From Myxococcales bacterium (GTDB taxonomy: Bacteria; Myxococcota_A; Polyangia; Fen-1088): 64,000 nt of DNA. This document shows positions 37,666-47,348 of the stretch, piece by piece. Below the pieces are notes generated by a model that was given only the letters and a program-made list of their open reading frames with translations, did not search any database and was not told the DNA's origin. The position numbers and the translations under genes are program-made. Location of the stretch: the NCBI GenBank assembly GCA_031398585.1, contig JANNNO010000415.1:1430-65429 (forward strand). Direction: 5' to 3'. The number at the start of each line of letters is the position of its first letter. Position 1 is the first letter of the stretch.

Positions 37666-38235
37666 TTACATGCGTGTCGCCGCCACCTTGGCCATCGCGA
37701 TGAGCGCGTCGCGATTGTTGCCCGACACTCCATAGAGGAAACCGTTCTTCAGCATGAAGACCGTCTTGAGCATGACGTGATACGAGGCCACGTCGCCCAC
37801 GCCGGAGAGCTTCTCCTCGCCGCCCTTGGCCAGCAGCTCGAGGGTCGACGAACGATACGGTGCAAAGGAGACAGCGGCGAAGCGCGCGGTCGGCTCCGCT
37901 CCCAAGTACTGACAATAGTAGTTTGGCGTGTCGTCGGTGGGCGGCGGCGCGTCTTGATGAGTGGTTCGGGTGATCTCCTCGCCGAAGGCGGCCGCCGCTT
38001 CCGTGATGGTCACGAGCGCGCAAGCGGCGTCAGCGGGTTTGACGGCCACGGGCCCAGACATCGGCGAAGTCCCGCTGGGCGTCGCCACCGCCGGAGCGGG
38101 ACTCGAACCTTGGGGTGACGAAGGATCTCCGCCACAGGCCGAGACCGTCGCGGCCAGCATGAGCACGGCCGACAGCGCGGCGGTTCGAGTTCGTGTCTGG
38201 CTGGATCGATTCGGCGTGCTGTCGCTCTTCTTCAT
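37666..38235 (-). CDS. Hypothetical lipoprotein
   Basis: Trimmed to ATG 38235. MKKSDSTPNRSSQTRTRTAALSAVLMLAATVSAC has a lipobox. I recognised no family motif. Confidence 0.6.
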   Translation of the reverse strand: MKKSDSTPNRSSQTRTRTAALSAVLMLAATVSACGGDPSSPQGSSPAPAVATPSGTSPMSGPVAVKPADAACALVTITEAAAAFGEEITRTTHQDAPPPTDDTPNYYCQYLGAEPTARFAAVSFAPYRSSTLELLAKGGEEKLSGVGDVASYHVMLKTVFMLKNGFLYGVSGNNRDALIAMAKVAATRM

Positions 38236-38467
38236 GAACCATGAACGCGAGTGGCTGCACTTGTTCCCGTTTTCGTTTTCGCTAGATCCTTGATGGATCG
38301 TCAACAGAGCGATCGCGCGACGGATGAGCACACGCCGCTTGCGCGTGCGCGCGACGAATACGAATGGGCGCGACTTGACCGGCTCGGTCGCCCCCCTCAC
38401 CCGTCAGCTGCCGCCGCGGCCTGTCCCCGCGAGGGAGAAGCACGGATTGGTGCGGCAGGCATGGGAC

Positions 38468-38893
38468 TCAGCGATTGCCGAACGAGGCCGTCCAGTTGGG
38501 GGCGACGGAGCGGGCGAGATCGAGCAGCGGCTTGGGGATGTCGGCGCTGCCGGTGAGCTGGCGGATGTCGAGGATGTCGTCGCTGCCGAAGCCGGTCGGG
38601 CAGCGCAGGGCCCATTGTTTGGCCTCTTCCAACGACGGAACTTCGATGATGTAAAAGCCTCCGACGAGCTCCTTGGATTCGGCGAACGGGCCGTCGACGA
38701 TCTTGCGACGTCCCTTGGAGACCGCCACGCGCGCACCGGGAGCGCCGGAGGTGAGCCCCTCGGAGGCGACGAGCACGCCGGCCTGGTGCAGCTCCTCGTT
38801 GAATTTCATGTATTCGGCGAAGAGCTTCTCGTCGAAGGGCGGGTCGATCTGAGGATTGGTGTCGTCGCGACGGGCGGTGATGATGAAACGCAT
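38468..38893 (-). CDS. YciI-family (DGPF-domain) protein
   Basis: 141 aa. MRFIIT......DGPFAESKELVGGFYIIEVPSLEEAKQWA is the typical YCII/DGPF pattern. Confidence 0.85.
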   Translation of the reverse strand: MRFIITARRDDTNPQIDPPFDEKLFAEYMKFNEELHQAGVLVASEGLTSGAPGARVAVSKGRRKIVDGPFAESKELVGGFYIIEVPSLEEAKQWALRCPTGFGSDDILDIRQLTGSADIPKPLLDLARSVAPNWTASFGNR

Positions 38894-39007
38894 GGCATTC
38901 TCCTTGATTGCCGACCGGGGGAGTCCCGGCGGGATACCTCAGCGACGAAGCGCCAACCAGGCGATCGACATTCTCGGAACGATTTTTTTCGCTTCGCCCG
39001 GTCGGCC

Positions 39008-39027
39008 CACGAAACCGCGGTTTCGTG
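39008..39027. promoter_or_regulatory. Perfect 20-bp palindrome (candidate operator) upstream of the 2OG-oxygenase gene
   Basis: cacgaaaccgcggtttcgtg equals its own reverse complement (checked by hand). It lies 24 nt upstream of ATG 39051, in the divergent region shared with the YciI-like gene. Confidence 0.3.
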
Positions 39028-39050
39028 CGCTGTGTTAGGGTGAGCCCGTC

Positions 39051-39653
39051 ATGGTCGACGACCGCGAGGACTTCATCCGCGTCTACCCGGCCGCCTTTCC
39101 CGTCGCGGATGCCGCGGCGTTGACCGCCCACCTCAAAGGGGCGTTCGCCCAGGGTTTCGGGCGTTCCCGCCGCGCGGAGGGCGGGCACCCCAAGACGGTG
39201 CACGACGATCTTCAGATCGGCGACATCCGCGACGTCGACGCTTCGGACTATCGCGCCACCGTGCTGCCCGCGCTGTTCGATTGCCTCAAGCGCTACGTCG
39301 ACGAGTTCGACATCCTCGCCAGCTTCACTCTGGTCGGCTGGTACTTGAAGGCGCAGCTCACGCGCAAAGGCGAGGGCTACCACGCTTGGCATTTCGAGAG
39401 CTCGACGTTCACCAACGCCAAGCGCGTGCTCGCCTGGAGCATCTACCTCAATGACGACTACGAGGGCGGCGAGCTCGAGTTCCTCTACTTCGGCAAACGC
39501 ATCAAGCTCGGCGCGGGGGACGTCGTGATCTTCCCGGCGGCCTTCACGCACACGCACCGGGGCAACATGGTGACGGCCGGCGAAAAGCTGCTGCTCACGG
39601 GCTGGTACGAGCTCGTCCCCGAAGATCCTCCGGCAGACCCTCTCGGTGTCTAA
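39051..39653 (+). CDS. 2OG-Fe(II) oxygenase superfamily protein
   Basis: 200 aa. ...GYHAWHFE...LAWSIYLNDDYEGGELEF...GDVVIFPAAFTHTHRG fits an HxD/E...H facial-triad context, as in the PF13640/PF13759 families. Confidence 0.75.
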   Translation: MVDDREDFIRVYPAAFPVADAAALTAHLKGAFAQGFGRSRRAEGGHPKTVHDDLQIGDIRDVDASDYRATVLPALFDCLKRYVDEFDILASFTLVGWYLKAQLTRKGEGYHAWHFESSTFTNAKRVLAWSIYLNDDYEGGELEFLYFGKRIKLGAGDVVIFPAAFTHTHRGNMVTAGEKLLLTGWYELVPEDPPADPLGV

Positions 39654-40957
39654 GCCAGCAGGCCGGGCAGCGGACCCATGCACCAGGGCGCGTGCCCGAT
39701 GGTGTCGACGTTCATGCCGAAGCCGCGCGCGATGGCGATGTACACATCGTTGTGGTTGCGACCTGTGCAATCGATGATGCGACCGCCAGGGCCGAGCGCG
39801 CCGCCGAGTCGTCCCGCCAGCAAGAAGGGCGTGTTTTTACCGTCGTGGCTGGTGCTGGCGCCGTTCTGGGTGCCCCAGACGGTGACCGTCTGATCGAGCA
39901 CGCCGTAGCTTTTCAGCTTGGTGATGAAGTAGGCCCAGTCGCCCGCCAGGTGCGCCTGCATCTGCATCATCTTTTCCCCCGCCGCCCCGCCAGCGCCGCC
40001 ATGCGAAGTGCCGTGCCAGTCACTGATGCCGAACTTCGCGATCGGCTGGTTGCACTGCCCGCCTCCCCACATCATCGACGTGATGCGGGTGGCGCCACAG
40101 GCCAGGGCCATGGCCATGACATCGAGGAATAGCCGATCGACGTCGGGCAGATCGTTGAGCTCGGCAGAGAAACCTGTCGCGCTGGTGGGCGGTCGCTCCT
40201 GGCCGCATGCGGGCGCCGCGGTGACGCCGCTGGCGAAGCTGCCGAGGTTCTTCTCGAGATCCCTCACCGACTCGAAATACACGTCGAGCTTGGGCTTCTC
40301 GGCGCTACCGGCGCGGGTGCGAAAGAGGTTGATGTCGTCGAGCACGGCGTCGAGAACGCTCTTGCCGGCTCGCAAGCTGCGTTCGGCCGCAGCCGGATCG
40401 CGCATCGTCGCCGCGCCGGGTGCCAGCTTCGATGACACGCGCTGATAGGCGGCCAGTGGGTTCTTCTCGCCCGGCAAGAAGCTACCGTCGACCTGCGACA
40501 GCGACGCCGCCTTGCCGCCCGCGCCACCCGTGGTGCCGATGGTCAGCTCGAGCGAGGGCAGAGGCGTGGTCCCTTTGATCTGCTGCGCGAGGACCTGGTC
40601 GAAGCTGGTGGGAACGCCCGCACCGAGGGCCGAATAGGTGGTCGTGTGGTGCGGATTGGCGGGGGCCGGCGGCGCCACGTTTTTTCGCGCTAGGGTCAGG
40701 TTGCGCAGGATGGTGACGTCGCCGGTGACGCCAGCATCACCGATCGGTTTCAACGCCGGGCCGAGGGTGTAACTGGTGCCCGATCCGGTCGGCGCCCAGT
40801 TGGGGTGCGAACCGTTAGCGTGAAAGAAGAACGCCGCCCGGGGCACGGCCTTGCCGGTCTCCTGGGCCATGACCGATCGGTTGACCCCCGCCAGCAGCAC
40901 GCTGCCGGCACCGAGCCCGCGGAGGATGGATCGTCGCGTGACGTTGTTGGTTGGCAT
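39650..40957 (-). CDS. DUF1552 (HXXSHH-family) protein with a twin-arginine signal (pair A)
   Basis: Track ORF trimmed to ATG 40957. MPTNNVTRRSILRGLGAGSVLLAG is a Tat motif. SDWHGTSHGG is an HxxSH-type motif. It is clearly homologous to the 56551-57981 product. Confidence 0.85.
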   Translation of the reverse strand: MPTNNVTRRSILRGLGAGSVLLAGVNRSVMAQETGKAVPRAAFFFHANGSHPNWAPTGSGTSYTLGPALKPIGDAGVTGDVTILRNLTLARKNVAPPAPANPHHTTTYSALGAGVPTSFDQVLAQQIKGTTPLPSLELTIGTTGGAGGKAASLSQVDGSFLPGEKNPLAAYQRVSSKLAPGAATMRDPAAAERSLRAGKSVLDAVLDDINLFRTRAGSAEKPKLDVYFESVRDLEKNLGSFASGVTAAPACGQERPPTSATGFSAELNDLPDVDRLFLDVMAMALACGATRITSMMWGGGQCNQPIAKFGISDWHGTSHGGAGGAAGEKMMQMQAHLAGDWAYFITKLKSYGVLDQTVTVWGTQNGASTSHDGKNTPFLLAGRLGGALGPGGRIIDCTGRNHNDVYIAIARGFGMNVDTIGHAPWCMGPLPGLLA

Positions 40958-40973
40958 GGCAGATCTCGCGGGC

Positions 40974-42713
40974 TCAGTTGCGGCGAAGCGCGAACGAGGG
41001 TGAGGTGACGATGGCTGTGACCAGCGCGTCCAACTCGTGACCACCCTCGGCGAACGCTTTGGTGTTGGCGTCGAGCTCGCACCGCGGGATCTCCGCGTGC
41101 GAGCGCCCGGTCGCGAAGGCATTGAGCTGCGAGGCGATGCATTCGTAGGTCTCGGGGCGCCTGGCGATTTGATCGACGAAGTCGACGAACGTTGTGAACT
41201 TCAACGTTTCGTTGCCAAGCGGCAACGTGCCGGTCGGATCGATGGTCTTCGTCTTGTCGGTGGTGCGGTAGCGCCCGATGGCGTCGTACTGCTCCATAGC
41301 GAAGCCGATGCCGTCGAAGAGCGCGTGACAGCTCGAGCATGCCGGGTTGGTCGTATGCACATTGAGCTTCTCGCGGTTGGTCATGTCCGGCGTGATCTTG
41401 GGGTCCTCGAACTGCGGATTCCCGGGTGGCGGCGCCACCGTCGCGCACAGGAGCTGCTCGCGCACGATGCGCCCCCGCGAGGGCAGGTTGGTGTCGTCCG
41501 AATCCGAGGCACCGGCGATGAACGCCGCCCCGGTGAGCAGGCCGCGCCGCTGTCCAGCGGGCAAGTCGCGCTTGACGAATTCCGCGCCTGGCGCGGTGAC
41601 TCCATAAAGCGGCGCCGTCCGCAGGTTGACGTAGGCGTGCTTGGCCGTGAGCAACGTGACGAAGCTGCCGTCGCCCGCCGGATCGAAAAGAATGCCGTTG
41701 ATGAAGGCCTGCGCCTCGGCCATCACGTCGCGACTGACCTCGGCGGTGAACGTCGGAAAGGCCGCCGCGTCCTTGCTGGCCGACTCCAGCGTGTCGTAGT
41801 GCAGCCACTGTCGAAAGAAGCTGCCGACCGTCCCGGCCGCATCCCCGGCTCGCAGCAGCCGCCGCGCCTCGGCCGCCAGCGCGGCGGGGTCTGCCAACTT
41901 GCCCGCATCGGCGAGCGCCGTCAGCGTGGCGTCGGGCGGTCCGTCGACGATCATGTACGAGATCGCCGACGCGAGCTCGTGGTCGGTGAGGCGAACCGGG
42001 GCACCGCTCGCACCGCCTGCGCCCCCACCGAGCTCGGTGCGAAAGAGGAAGTTGGGCGACAGGAGCAACGCCTGCACGACGCCCTTCCAGGCGGCCCCGC
42101 CGTCGCCGCCGTTTGCCGCCACGATCGTGGCGTGAAGCTTGACGTACTTGTCGAGCTCGGCGGCCGTGAGGGGACGTCGCCACGCGCGGCTGCCGACGGA
42201 GGCGAGAAAATCGCGCAGGCAGGTGCCGCTGCCGAGATCGGCGACCCCACATTTGAGGAACTCGCCGCTGCGCCCGACCACATTGGCCGCGATCTCATCG
42301 GTGGCGACGAGATAGCGCGACGCCAGCAGTGACGGAACGCTCAGCCGATCCGCCTGGTTGGCGAAGCCGTCGGGCTGCCCGTCGGGAGGCAACGCGAGCG
42401 CGGCTGGCCCCACGTAGCCGAAGACCGCCTTGGCGGTGTTGCGAAACTGCGCGTTGGTGAGGCGCCAGGTCCGCGCTCTCGGCAAACTTCCGGGGTCGCA
42501 CGCGCCTGCCGCCGCTGGGCCACCTCCACCGTTGCTGCCAGGAGTACCAGGACCGCCGCTCGGGCCCGCAGGCCCACTGGTTCCCGGCGTGGCAGCGCCT
42601 CCGCCGGGCTGACTCGCCCCGCCGGGATTGCCAGCCGGCTTTTCCGGCTCGCCGCCGATGCTTCCGCTGCAACCGGCAGCCACCAGCCACGCCAAGAGGC
42701 CAATTCGCTTCAT
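40974..42713 (-). CDS. DUF1592/DUF1595/DUF1588(PSCyt3)-family lipoprotein with a CxxCH motif (pair A)
   Basis: Trimmed to ATG 42713, which gives the lipobox MKRIGLLAWLVAAGCSGS. A Gly/Pro-rich tether follows, then RLTNAQFRNT.... CSSCH at 41325-41339 is followed by ALFDGIGFAMEQYDAIGRYR. Confidence 0.85.
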   Translation of the reverse strand: MKRIGLLAWLVAAGCSGSIGGEPEKPAGNPGGASQPGGGAATPGTSGPAGPSGGPGTPGSNGGGGPAAAGACDPGSLPRARTWRLTNAQFRNTAKAVFGYVGPAALALPPDGQPDGFANQADRLSVPSLLASRYLVATDEIAANVVGRSGEFLKCGVADLGSGTCLRDFLASVGSRAWRRPLTAAELDKYVKLHATIVAANGGDGGAAWKGVVQALLLSPNFLFRTELGGGAGGASGAPVRLTDHELASAISYMIVDGPPDATLTALADAGKLADPAALAAEARRLLRAGDAAGTVGSFFRQWLHYDTLESASKDAAAFPTFTAEVSRDVMAEAQAFINGILFDPAGDGSFVTLLTAKHAYVNLRTAPLYGVTAPGAEFVKRDLPAGQRRGLLTGAAFIAGASDSDDTNLPSRGRIVREQLLCATVAPPPGNPQFEDPKITPDMTNREKLNVHTTNPACSSCHALFDGIGFAMEQYDAIGRYRTTDKTKTIDPTGTLPLGNETLKFTTFVDFVDQIARRPETYECIASQLNAFATGRSHAEIPRCELDANTKAFAEGGHELDALVTAIVTSPSFALRRN

Positions 42714-43064
42714 CGTCTTCCTGGGTGACGGGGTCAACGGGCGCCCGGGTCGGCCGCAAGAACCTGCGCCGGCCCGCCTCATGTGAGGTGCCAGAAGAAG
42801 TGATCCGCCTCGCCCAGCGCCGGTCGGTTATTGCGCCGAACGGGGGATACCAACCTCCCCCATCGCCCGCCCTACCCGTCCGAGGAGCCTCCGCGGTGGC
42901 GAGAGTCCCCCAAACCCCGCGGCCCCGCCCAACCAAATGGGTGGGTGGGGGCCGTCGACGATGAGACGAGTACGAAGACTCACCCCCTCGCGGGCCAACG
43001 GTAGTTTCCGGCAGCCCTGCCGACTCGAAGCCGCCGTGAGGCGACCGCCGAGCCGTGGTGACGA

Positions 43065-44708
<1,644 letters not shown>

Positions 44709-44749
44709 GTGAATGTCCCTTTCGTGTCGCGGTGGTCGATCAGGTCGCG

Positions 44750-45037
44750 TCAGTCGATGACCGCGAGCACGTCGTCCTCTTTCAAAATCAGGTGTTCTTC
44801 GCCGTCGATCTTGATGTCGTTGCCGGCGTACTTGGAAAACAGAATCTTGTCGCCCGACTTGAGCTCGAGCTTGCGGATGGAACCGTCGTCCTGAAGCTTG
44901 CCGTTGCCGACGGCAACGACCAGACCCTGCTGAGGCTTTTCCTTGGCCGTGTCCGGGATGTAGAGCCCGCCGGCGGTCTTGGTCTCTTCCTCAACGCGTT
45001 TGATGAGGATGCGGTCGTAAAGCGGTCGCAGTTTCAT
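44750..45037 (-). CDS. groES: Co-chaperonin GroES (Cpn10)
   Basis: Trimmed to ATG 45037. [38 protein letters not shown]..., 95 aa. An AGGAG RBS lies upstream. Confidence 0.97.
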   Translation of the reverse strand: MKLRPLYDRILIKRVEEETKTAGGLYIPDTAKEKPQQGLVVAVGNGKLQDDGSIRKLELKSGDKILFSKYAGNDIKIDGEEHLILKEDDVLAVID

Positions 45038-45099
45038 GTCTCTTTTCTCCTTGTCTCGAAATCCCCGCACAGCTGCGCGGGTCGTAAATGGTTGCGCGG

Positions 45100-45489
45100 C
45101 TACTTCGCCGTGCTGCTGGAACCGCCGGAGCTAGAGCCGGACGAACCGGTTCCCGACGAGGAACCGGAGGAACCCGTGCTGGCCGGAGCGGAAGCCGCGG
45201 CTGACGAAGCGCCAGAGTCGCCCTTCGATTCCGACTTCGATTCCGACTTGGCTTCGGTCTTGGTCTCGGACTTCGCCTCGGCCTTGGCGTCGCCCGAACC
45301 GTTCTTGGAGCTCGAGTACAGGTCCTTGTACCAACCGCCGCCCTTCAACATGAACGCGGTCTGGCTGATCAGCCGCTCGACCGCATCCTGGCCGCACTTG
45401 GGGCAGGTCTTGATCGGCGCGTCCTTGATCTTTTGCCACTCCTCGAACTGATGAGCGCAGGCGCCGCACTGGTACTCGTAAACCGGCAT
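45100..45489 (-). CDS. FmdB-family zinc-ribbon protein (CxxC-CxxC) with a low-complexity Ser/Gly/Lys tail
   Basis: Trimmed to ATG 45489. [16 protein letters not shown]...CPKCGQ is the typical FmdB/CxxC_CxxC_SSSS N-terminus. A GGAGA RBS lies 5 nt upstream. Confidence 0.85.
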   Translation of the reverse strand: MPVYEYQCGACAHQFEEWQKIKDAPIKTCPKCGQDAVERLISQTAFMLKGGGWYKDLYSSSKNGSGDAKAEAKSETKTEAKSESKSESKGDSGASSAAASAPASTGSSGSSSGTGSSGSSSGGSSSTAK

Positions 45490-45523
45490 CGATGTCTCCG
45501 TAGGGGGTTGGAACGGCTGCGTA

Positions 45524-45551
45524 GCTGTAACCACGCCAGCAGACCTGTCAA
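45524..45551 (-). promoter_or_regulatory. Weak sigma70-like promoter candidate for the zinc-ribbon/groESL unit
   Basis: The minus strand reads TTGACA-16 nt-TACAGC about 35 nt upstream of ATG 45489. The -10 matches only 3/6. Confidence 0.25.
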
Positions 45552-45727
45552 GCGGACGCCGAGAGTGCTAACGAATCAGACAAAAAGCCATACATTTCGA
45601 TGACTTGTCGTGACACGTACACCCCCACATCCACCCCCCATCGGGCAAAATCGACAACAATTCCACGCCCCCCGCCCCTCTCAATGGCCCAGCGCCTCTC
45701 TGTCCGCCCCGCGGCCTCTGCTCTTCA

Positions 45728-45753
45728 CCTCGCCCCGCGTCAGCGGGGAGAGG
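45728..45753 (-). terminator. GC-rich hairpin centred on the stop codon of the MauE-like gene (possible terminator)
   Basis: cctcgccccgc-gtca-gcggggagagg forms an 11-bp stem with one mismatch. There is no T tract, so the call is weak. Confidence 0.3.
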
Positions 45754-46288
45754 TCGCGGGGGCCGAAGGGCGCCGCGGGTGAGGGGCTCCGGCCTGCCCC
45801 CTCTCGAGCCGCACCACCAACCAAACCGCCGCCGCGACCAGCCCCAGATTCCGCAGCACGGTCAGCCACGACACCGGCGCCGAGCCTCCGCCAAAGCAGC
45901 CACAACTGATATCGAGCCCGCGAACGACGGCAGCCACGACCGCCACCAAAAAGGCGAAGCTGAGCACCGCCAACGCCGCCGCCCCCGCCGCCCGCCAGGC
46001 CAGGGGAGCAAAAAGCAGAGCCGCCCCCGCCACCACCTCCACCGCCGGAAGCGCAACCGCCAGATAGGGGGCAAGCCCCGGGACCAGCTGATAATTCGCG
46101 ATCTCCTGCGCGAACCCAGCCGGGTCATCCCACTTGAAAACCCCGGCCGCGATGAACAAGCCACCGAGTCCCAGCCGCACGACCAAGACAACGACGTCCA
46201 GTCGCTGCCACGTCGGGCCCGAACCAGAAGCCGACCCTGATGGCTCGGACTCCGACGCGTCACCGCGGTCGCCGAAAATCCCGCTCAT
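45740..46288 (-). CDS. MauE/DoxX-family membrane protein
   Basis: Trimmed to ATG 46288 (MSGIFGD...). Four hydrophobic helices and the CGCFG motif characteristic of MauE-type proteins. Confidence 0.75.
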   Translation of the reverse strand: MSGIFGDRGDASESEPSGSASGSGPTWQRLDVVVLVVRLGLGGLFIAAGVFKWDDPAGFAQEIANYQLVPGLAPYLAVALPAVEVVAGAALLFAPLAWRAAGAAALAVLSFAFLVAVVAAVVRGLDISCGCFGGGSAPVSWLTVLRNLGLVAAAVWLVVRLERGQAGAPHPRRPSAPATSPR

Positions 46289-46878
46289 CGCGCCCCTCGC
46301 CCCTCGTCGCGCCCGGCCGCAGGCGCCCCGCCCGCCCCACGTTCGCCACGCACCTGCTCCCGGCAATCGGGGCAAGGTCCCGACGAACAGGCCAGGCCGG
46401 CTGCGCTCCAGGCCTCGAAGCCGCCCGACAACACCATCATGCGAAGATCCGCGCGCGGCAACCGTGCCCGCAACGACGTCGCCACCGTGCGAGCATCGTT
46501 CGTATCGCCCCCGTACACCACCAAGGTGTGTTTGTCGGCAGTCGCGCCGAGCGCCCGCGTGACCACATCGCCCGAAGCCGCACAGGGCAGGTGAATCGCA
46601 CCCGCCACGTGGCCGCGTTCGAATGCCTCGGCCGACCGAGCGTCAGCTACGAGAACCCCGGGATCCCCGCACAGGTGCGCCGCGTGCGTCGGCGGAACGA
46701 CGTCGATTGCCCCGAGGCCCCCAGTCTCGGGCGCCCGCGGGACTTCACATGACGTCGCCGCCGCGAACTGCGTGGGCTCGAGCCCGCCCCGGCGGGCGGC
46801 ATTCACGGCGGTTCCCAGCAAAGCGCCGCCCACCAACAGGGCGGCGGTGCGGAGCGAGAGCCGTGCGACGCGGTTCAT
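46285..46878 (-). CDS. Rhodanese-homology-domain protein (active-site Cys absent) with a Cys-rich C-terminal tail
   Basis: Trimmed to ATG 46878 (MNRVARLSLRTAALLVGGALLG, signal/anchor). ...VLVADARSAEAFERGHVAGAIHLP...LVVYGGDTNDARTV...GGFEAW. The usual Cys of the CRxGxR loop is Gly here. The tail is ACSSGPCPDC. The stop overlaps the MauE start by 4 nt. Confidence 0.7.
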   Translation of the reverse strand: MNRVARLSLRTAALLVGGALLGTAVNAARRGGLEPTQFAAATSCEVPRAPETGGLGAIDVVPPTHAAHLCGDPGVLVADARSAEAFERGHVAGAIHLPCAASGDVVTRALGATADKHTLVVYGGDTNDARTVATSLRARLPRADLRMMVLSGGFEAWSAAGLACSSGPCPDCREQVRGERGAGGAPAAGRDEGRGAR

Positions 46879-46995
46879 CCGCGGCAAGCTTAGCGCGCCC
46901 CCGCGATAGCGACAGTTCCAAGCCGGCAACCGAGTCCGGCACGCGGCGGGCATCGTCGCAGTTGCGTCCCCTCTGCCGGAGGGCTACGAAAGGGC

Positions 46996-47313
46996 ATGGC
47001 CGCGCCTCTTCTCGACCGCCACGTCTTCATCTGCACCAACGCGCGCGAACCGGGCAACCCGAAAGGCGATTGCGCCAGCAAGGGCGCCGAAGGGGTGCGC
47101 GAAGAGTTCAAACGCCTGCTGCACGACAAGGGACTCAAGGGGCGCATGCGCGCCAACGCGGCCGGCTGCCTGGACCAGTGCGCCCGCGGCGTGACGGTGG
47201 TCGTCTATCCCGAGCAGGTCTGGTACGGCGCCGTCACGCGCGGGGACGTGGCCGCCATCGTCGACGAACACCTCATCGGCGGCGTTCCGGTCGACCGCCT
47301 GCGGATCAAGTAG
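46996..47313 (+). CDS. Thioredoxin-like [2Fe-2S] ferredoxin-family protein
   Basis: 105 aa. HVFICTNAR...GDCASKGA...AAGCLDQCARGVTVVVYPEQVWYG is the characteristic Cys spacing. Confidence 0.8.
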   Translation: MAAPLLDRHVFICTNAREPGNPKGDCASKGAEGVREEFKRLLHDKGLKGRMRANAAGCLDQCARGVTVVVYPEQVWYGAVTRGDVAAIVDEHLIGGVPVDRLRIK

Positions 47314-47348
47314 GCGTGCCGTCGGCTCGCGTTTAGAGTCGGTCGCTC

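Noticed and set aside
42921-42952. Imperfect GC hairpin (ggccccgcccaacc-aaat-gggtgggtgggggcc) about 110 nt downstream of groEL, as a terminator
   Set aside because: The stem has several mismatches and no T tract follows on the minus strand. It is too weak to call.
45545-45571. Full CIRCE (HrcA) operator upstream of the zinc-ribbon/groESL genes
   Set aside because: Only one arm (GAGTGCTAA, 45563-45571) is intact. The other arm at the canonical 9-nt spacing matches 4/9. I report it as a half-site only.
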